Under the pieces are notes generated by a model that was not told the DNA's origin, made no database searches, and saw only the letters and a program-made list of their open reading frames with translations. This document shows, one piece after another, positions 60,937 to 64,000 of a stretch of DNA of 64,000 nucleotides. A program made the translations under genes and the position numbers. The number at the start of each line of letters is the position of its first letter. Position 1 is the stretch's first letter. The stretch comes from Balanoglossus misakiensis (Eukaryota > Animalia > Hemichordata): assembly GCA_040954595.2 (NCBI GenBank), contig CM082581.2:9981099-10045098 (forward strand), written 5' to 3'.

Positions 60937-63900
60937 GTAAGCCATGTCCTTTGTGTTCATTTGTTTCCACTTCTTGAGAGTAAGTCTATTTTTGTGTTGT
61001 CAAACACGCTTGCCCGTCGTCTAAGTTACACTGTGTACAGCTCTCGAATTCCTCGTGGATACAACACTAGCAACATTGCAAATCCTTTTTATAGCTCACT
61101 GTTACGTGTTTGTAAATAACTGTTTCTACTAAACACCCGTCTGTGTGTAAATAGGCTGGCAATATACACTTGGACCTGATATGTTAATGAATTGGTAAGG
61201 TGTACAAAGGGCGACCCGTTTTCAATTTTCGAGAGACGGAAATCATACACGCTAAATCTGGAAATTCTATCCTGCTCTGAAAAACCAGCTATGATACGCA
61301 CTTCACAACAACTGTGGACGCCTGACTTCATCATGGGAGTCACGGGAGTGATGTGAATAGTGTATATATGAATAATTCATGCTTACACTATCAATCCACA
61401 CTCCCCTTTAGTGGCTCAAACATTTCCTTTTTATTCACTCAATACCGAGAATTGATTTTTTGAAAAGTACACTACACCAAATGCAAATACACGAACAGTT
61501 TAACAAATATCCCGAGTATGAAACGTGTGTTACTAAGATTTAATCATGGTTGAAAAGTTATTGATTTTGCTATCGCGGTGGTTACCCATTTTTACTCAGT
61601 GAATTGAATATAATGTAACCGTAGTTCACGTGTGAATTTCCCAAAGAAATAAATGAGTTCATTAAGCACTAAATGGGTATTGTGTTCGTACCTGATATTT
61701 GACTATATGTGGTCAAACTAAGAGACCTGCATACCATCACCTGTCATTTGATTTACAAAATATGAAATACAGTCTTAAAAGAAATTTTAAATTAAAACTA
61801 GATATGGATACAAAATTGAAGGATCATAAAATTAATAGTTAATAATGCTCGTTTTAACACAACTTCCAGCTCAACGGAACAACGTAATTATTAGAAGTCG
61901 ATTTAGACTGCAAACAATTTTAAAGGAAAAATTTACAAAGTTATATATCAGGGGTCAAACTCATAGCCCATAATAGTAGTGATAACCCACTTAGGAGATC
62001 ACGCTATCTGGCAGTGGATTGAAGTTGAATCGATTTAAATTTAAGGAATGCACACTTGAACGGTGGAGCGGAACACTCATTTTAGCACTTGAACTTCAGC
62101 ATTCAGGATCTCGTATATGATAATGGTACATGAGTTAAACACCAAGTTGGCAAGGACATGTATAAGCAGAGCTCTCCGGGTCTGATCATTTTATTCAGAC
62201 AGGTGTGTTGACATCTGTGTTACGCGGAACTATTGGTGAATATTTCTCCCGGATTTGCATTCCCCAACTAGAAATAGAGCTCTCGGCAGTTGGCCAGAAG
62301 ACCGACATCGCAAGTAATGAAAAGTGGTATTGCAACACACACAAAAAACAGGAAATTATTTGAACCTAGAAACGGCGCGATTTTCCTTGATTGAATTCAC
62401 TGCATGTGGCGGGGATTGGTTTAATTGAGCGAACTTTGCATTAGAGACGCAAGGGGACAATGTAGCCGACAGATTAGCTCTGAGGCTCGGTAAAAATTGG
62501 GTAACAATGTTGAGCGATCATCTGGAGGATATTATACCCAAATCAAGGTTCTAAATGAGAAACCCGATTCCCGGGATTTAAAAATAAAATCGCTTTCTAA
62601 ATAACCTTGCTTTGAGCAAGGGCATTATGTATAGCTCGCTCCTGGCTATACGCTTTGCTGCATTTGGTGAATGATACACTCCTTTCTTATAAAAGCTCGA
62701 ATGACTTGCTCTTGATATATAGGGTAGCCTTCCAGTACGCGTTGTGTCGCCCTCAACGGGGAGAAGGATGTCTCTCCAAGTTGGCATGAAGGAAGTAAGT
62801 GATGCCACAAGAACCATGTCAAGTCAAACACTATGGCATAAAGTCTCACCGGCACATCTCATCACATAATAATCGCACTTTTAGCATAAAAGTAAAAAAA
62901 AAAGCATAACTGGTATAAGGGTAGTATCAAGTAGTTTTAGGTTTAGTTTAATTAATGTCGTAATATTCACAAACGTATTCACAGTAGAAATGTAATTATC
63001 ATGCATGTACATTCATTACTGTATATTATAAATCCATCGTTGCACCCAGTAAAGACTTATCATGATAAAACAACCACTAAATATAATAAAAACAAGGGGA
63101 TATTAAACGAATAACCGACTTTCGATTTCTCTTCAATTATTCAGGGCAGTGCAACCAGTACATCCAGTACAGGAAGCAGAAAGGTCTACATGAAAGAGGT
63201 AAGCTTAACACATCAGTCGGCAAAATTAAGGCAGTGGAGATTTTCCTGAAACCATTCCCCTTGAAATAATCGAACTGACATAGGTCGAGTACTTTCAGTG
63301 CGAGGGAGTCGCTTTTATAATGTGTTAGACTTTTGATATGCTATGTCAGTTTTAGTTACCATAAGTGATTCGTTTCGTCTTTTATTTACTATCGCAGCGA
63401 GGACAACGGGTAAGTTGTGTAGATTTTGGTCAGTTGAAACCACAGTTCTACACTGTCAGCCTGTCATCAGTGAGATGAGCAGAATGACGATGCATGTACA
63501 TGATGTAGTGGGTGTCACCCATGTTACCGCGAGATTTGTTTTGGAACTTTACGCATGCGCATTTATCATAGCAACAACTTGCGTATATATCCAAGATGGC
63601 GTCCTCCAGACCTTCTGCGAAGAAAAGCAAATCAAACCAACCCGCGATCCAAAGAAGGGGCTATGGTCCCGAGGCTTACAGAGATATTGATTGGCGAGCA
63701 CTTAGTGTAATTACTGTTCTGTTTAAAATGTTCTCTTTACAATGATTTTTGCGGTTCTGATCATTAGAATTTCGTGTTCGTCAACCATAGACGTGTACTG
63801 CACTACACTTGTAAACACTGCATTTGTTCTGTTGATGTACATGTAAGTTCGACAGATCAGATCTGTCGAAACTACATGTGTGACATCAACACCAAATTAT

Positions 63901-64000
63901 GTTATATCAAAGTTATTTAGAGCTTATATGTGCGCTGATGTATGTTTTAGCACCTATCGTCACCCCTGTTTACCATTTTGAACATGGTCTAAGGCTTTCT

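Overview
Eukaryotic (animal) genomic DNA, gene-dense with short introns. Intron-containing cofactor-independent phosphoglycerate mutase, human-like gene order and abundant TACATGTA suggest a marine invertebrate deuterostome such as a hemichordate; this is inference. Ten spliced genes were reconstructed by hand: UROS (-, 3' end runs off the left edge), BCCIP (+), DHX15/Prp43 (-), DDX56 (+), ENTPD1/2/3/8-like NTPDase (-), MCMBP (-), SEC23IP/DDHD2 (+), iPGM (-), PAAT/C10orf88 (+) and WDR34/DYNC2I2 (-). They are followed by about 7.5 kb of probable 5' region of an unidentified + strand gene. Four gene pairs are head-to-head. Most notable observations: (1) iPGM has a 42-codon in-frame upstream extension starting at CUG that reads like a mitochondrial presequence; (2) UROS has ATA where the conserved Met1 should be, plus an out-of-frame ATG and tandem acceptors that could rescue the frame; (3) MCMBP has a U12-type intron with rare AT-AA termini and also a GC-AG intron; (4) a DHX15 intron has a GC-rich structured branchpoint-to-acceptor region suggestive of splicing autoregulation; (5) a 144-bp palindromic element is built so that only one strand forms sheared G-A pairs; (6) microsynteny with human 10q26 supports DHX32 as a descendant of this DHX15 locus. 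Exon coordinates were read by eye and may be off by a few bases.
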